Source: an uncultured Rickettsiales bacterium (GTDB taxonomy: Bacteria; Pseudomonadota; Alphaproteobacteria; Rickettsiales; SXRF01). Taken from it: a DNA stretch of 36,532 nucleotides. The DNA lies in NCBI GenBank assembly GCA_964620765.1, contig CAZUKF010000003.1:1-36532 (forward strand), read 5' to 3'. This document shows, one piece after another, positions 33,954 through 36,532 of the stretch (positions are counted from its first letter, which is position 1; the number at the start of each line of letters is the position of its first letter). The notes under the pieces are model-generated. The model worked only from the letters and a program-made list of their open reading frames with translations, was not told where the DNA came from and did not search any database. The position numbers and the translations under genes are program-made.

Positions 33954-36173
33954 TTATAATTCCACATTTCGTAACCGAAGCGAATTCACAATTACCGACA
34001 CGGAACTGAGCGCCATTGCTGCGCTGGCGATGACAGGGCTTAGAAGCAGTCCAAAGAACGGATAAAGCAGCCCTGCTGCAACAGGCACACCAAACGCATT
34101 ATAAACGAACGCGAAGAACAGGTTTTGCCGAATGTTGCTCATGGTGGCGTGGCTCAGACGGCGGGCGCGAACGATGCCAATTAAATCGCCTTTTACCAGT
34201 GTAACTCCCGCGCTTTCCATTGCTACGTCGGTGCCGGTTCCCATTGCAATGCCAACATGGGCTTGCGCGAGTGCGGGCGCATCGTTCACCCCATCGCCCG
34301 CCATTGCTACCTTGCGGCCTTTTTCCTGTAATTGGCGCACCAGTTCGCTTTTGCGTTCCGGTAGCACTTCGGCTTCATAATCATCAATGCCAAGCTGCTC
34401 TGCGATTGCCTTTGCGGTGGCTTTACTGTCGCCGGTAAGCATCACGATATGCAGACCTTCGGCTTTCAGTTGCTTCAAGGCTTCGGGCGTAGTGGCCTTG
34501 ATCGGGTCGGCAACGCTAATGATTGCCGCTGGCTTGCCATCAATCGCCGCGAACATAGCGGTTTGCCCTTTGGCTCTCAACTGATCGGCGGCTTGCACAA
34601 GTGAATCGGCATTCATACCAAGCGAGGTAAGCATTGCCGCATTCCCCAGCGCGACATTGTGACCATCCACGATGCCTTGTACGCCTTTGCCAGTGGTAGA
34701 AGAAAAGTTTTGTACAGCAGAAAGCGTAATGCCTTTTTCCTGTGCGCCTTTGACAATAGCAGATGCCAAGGGATGTTCGCTGCTTTGCTCTAAACTGGCG
34801 ACTAGCCGTAATGCCTCGTTTTGGTCAAAGCCTGCCGCAGTGACCACTTCCATTAGCTTTGGCCTGCCTTCGGTCAGCGTGCCAGTTTTGTCGATAATCA
34901 ATGTATCGACTTTCTCCATGATCTCTAACGATTCGGCATTTTTAATCAGCACCCCTGCCATTGCACCGCGCCCGGTGCCAGCGATAATAGACATCGGTGT
35001 GGCCAGTCCAAGCGCACAGGGGCAAGCGATAATCAGCACAGCAACCGCATTCACGATGGCATAAGCCAGTTTGGGTTCCGGCCCCCATATGAACCATGAA
35101 ACAGCCGTGAGAATTGCCACCAGAACGACAATAGGGACGAAGTAGCTGGAAACCGTGTCGGCCATGCGCTGAATCGGTGCGCGGGTGCGCTGGGCCTTGG
35201 CCACCATGTCCACAATCTGAGCCAGCATGGTTTCGTTACCAACGCGTTCGGCCCGCATGGTGAAACCGCCGGTACCGTTCAGCGTTGCGCCTGTTACCTT
35301 ATCGCCCACACTTTTTTCTACGGGTACAGATTCGCCCGTCAGCATGGATTGATCGACGCTGCTATGGCCTTCCAGTACGACACCATCCACCGGCACTTTC
35401 TCGCCGGGACGGACTCGCAACACGTCGCCCTTATGCACTTCGGAGAGCGGTATATCTTCTTCTTTGCCGTCAGCACGGACGATTCGCGCCATCTTGGGGG
35501 CAAGGTCAAGCAAGGCTCGCATCGCGTTTCTGGACTGTTCGCGGGCTTTTAGTTCCAACACCTGTCCAAGTAGTACCAGCGCGGTAATAACCGCTGCCGC
35601 CTCAAAATATACATCCAGCATCATGCCGCCAGAGAATTGAGCCACCGTATCGGGAAAAAGGGTCAAAATAAGGCTGTAAATATACGCTACGCCTACACCT
35701 AGCGCGATGAGGGTAAACATATTCAGGCTGCGGTGCTTGACTGAATCCACCGCCCGCACGAAAAATGGCCAGCCGCCCCACAACACTACCGGCGTGGCGA
35801 CTAGCATTTGCACCACATGCGCCAGCGATGAATTCAGCCATTCATGCGGAAAATTGGGAATAAGATGCGCTCCCATGACGAACAATGCCAAAGGCGCAGA
35901 TAGCACCGCCGATACCCAGAATCGGCGCGTCATATCCATCAGTTCGTGGTTAGGGGCTGCATCCAGCGAAACTCTTTCCGGTTCCAAAGCCATACCGCAA
36001 ATCGGGCAGCTTCCCGGCTTCGGTTGCCGTATCTGCGGGTGCATTGGGCAGGTGTAGATGACTTCTGCACCCGCAGGGATTTCAGACCTTATCGCGCCTT
36101 GCTGTGCCTTTTTATGGGGGCAGCTATCGCCATGTTTTGAGTGATCTTCGGGCTGGTGGTGGGAATGATCCAT
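33954..36173 (-). CDS. copA: Copper/silver-translocating P1B-type ATPase
   Basis: [48 protein letters not shown] and MALSS motifs. Confidence 0.96.
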   Translation of the reverse strand: MDHSHHQPEDHSKHGDSCPHKKAQQGAIRSEIPAGAEVIYTCPMHPQIRQPKPGSCPICGMALEPERVSLDAAPNHELMDMTRRFWVSAVLSAPLALFVMGAHLIPNFPHEWLNSSLAHVVQMLVATPVVLWGGWPFFVRAVDSVKHRSLNMFTLIALGVGVAYIYSLILTLFPDTVAQFSGGMMLDVYFEAAAVITALVLLGQVLELKAREQSRNAMRALLDLAPKMARIVRADGKEEDIPLSEVHKGDVLRVRPGEKVPVDGVVLEGHSSVDQSMLTGESVPVEKSVGDKVTGATLNGTGGFTMRAERVGNETMLAQIVDMVAKAQRTRAPIQRMADTVSSYFVPIVVLVAILTAVSWFIWGPEPKLAYAIVNAVAVLIIACPCALGLATPMSIIAGTGRGAMAGVLIKNAESLEIMEKVDTLIIDKTGTLTEGRPKLMEVVTAAGFDQNEALRLVASLEQSSEHPLASAIVKGAQEKGITLSAVQNFSSTTGKGVQGIVDGHNVALGNAAMLTSLGMNADSLVQAADQLRAKGQTAMFAAIDGKPAAIISVADPIKATTPEALKQLKAEGLHIVMLTGDSKATAKAIAEQLGIDDYEAEVLPERKSELVRQLQEKGRKVAMAGDGVNDAPALAQAHVGIAMGTGTDVAMESAGVTLVKGDLIGIVRARRLSHATMSNIRQNLFFAFVYNAFGVPVAAGLLYPFFGLLLSPVIASAAMALSSVSVIVNSLRLRNVEL

Positions 36174-36181
36174 AAACTGTC

Positions 36182-36520
36182 CTATGCCGCTATTTTAACG
36201 AGCCAAAGGCCAAAGCCATAGAGGGCAGCCATTGCCGCTGCTGCCCCAGCCATCGCCGCCGGAAAGGCCAAACCCTGTTTAAGAAGGAAAGGCAGGATGA
36301 GGAAAAAGGCTAGCGAGGGGAACACCAGCCAGAATACCGAATAGGATAATTCGATAATCTTGCCGGTGTCCCCGGTATCCTTGTAAACCCAGATAAAAGC
36401 CAGAATCGAAGTCAGTGGCAGCGAGGCCAGCAATGCCGCCCAAACCGTGTACCGCCGCGCCAGTTCGGACACGGCGACAACGATTAGGGCAGTAATCAGG
36501 GTCTTTGTAATGAAATACAT
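36182..36520 (-). CDS. DUF3147-family membrane protein
   Basis: [15 protein letters not shown]...[18 protein letters not shown]...FWLV.PSL.FF. Confidence 0.85.
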   Translation of the reverse strand: MYFITKTLITALIVVAVSELARRYTVWAALLASLPLTSILAFIWVYKDTGDTGKIIELSYSVFWLVFPSLAFFLILPFLLKQGLAFPAAMAGAAAAMAALYGFGLWLVKIAA

Positions 36521-36532
36521 TACTTCTTATCT

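Larger units (their letters stand above)
28058..36532. mobile_element. tRNA-integrated element (PICI/satellite-like or IME); right end not in the window
   Basis: att fragment, integrase, HTH, primase-helicase and DUF5681; visible GC drop. Inclusion of copA/DUF3147 is inferred because no intact tRNA is seen before the window ends. Confidence 0.8.

Noticed and set aside
33954-36520. copA/DUF3147 as a novel system
   Set aside because: Ordinary metal-resistance cargo of well-known families.
1-36532. A single prophage spanning the structural genes and the integrase
   Set aside because: The structural genes lie outside the att fragment, are host-like in GC and are interleaved with host-type genes. 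No lysis or replication genes accompany them.

Overview
GC-rich alphaproteobacterial chromosome segment; a Rickettsiales-like host is inferred from gene content and palindromic repeats. Bases 1-27084 hold an RcGTA-type gene transfer agent (GTA) head-tail gene set: putative TerS fragment, TerL, portal, prohead protease, major capsid, putative decoration protein, adaptor, stopper, DUF3168, tail tube, DUF2460 and DUF2163. All are intact, on the + strand and in canonical order. They are split into 8 modules by 20 unrelated genes: ORFans, cytochrome b561/YceI, a TPR-glycosyltransferase, an MHYT hybrid kinase and a SUEL-lectin-like protein. No tape-measure or tail-chaperone gene is recognisable. Many interleaved ORFans share an 11-bp-period OmpR/PhoB/CtrA-like upstream direct repeat and a C-terminal S/T-H/F/Y-x-E/D-R/K-L motif. 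Palindromic repeats are abundant and two lie inside reading frames (portal; YceI signal peptide). From ~28058 a tyrosine-integrase element sits at a displaced tRNA-Arg(CCG) 3' half. It carries an excisionase-like HTH, a primase-polymerase/helicase, a DUF5681 TerS-like protein, an orphan C-protein with C-boxes, copA and DUF3147. All calls are by motif recognition; no database searches were run.
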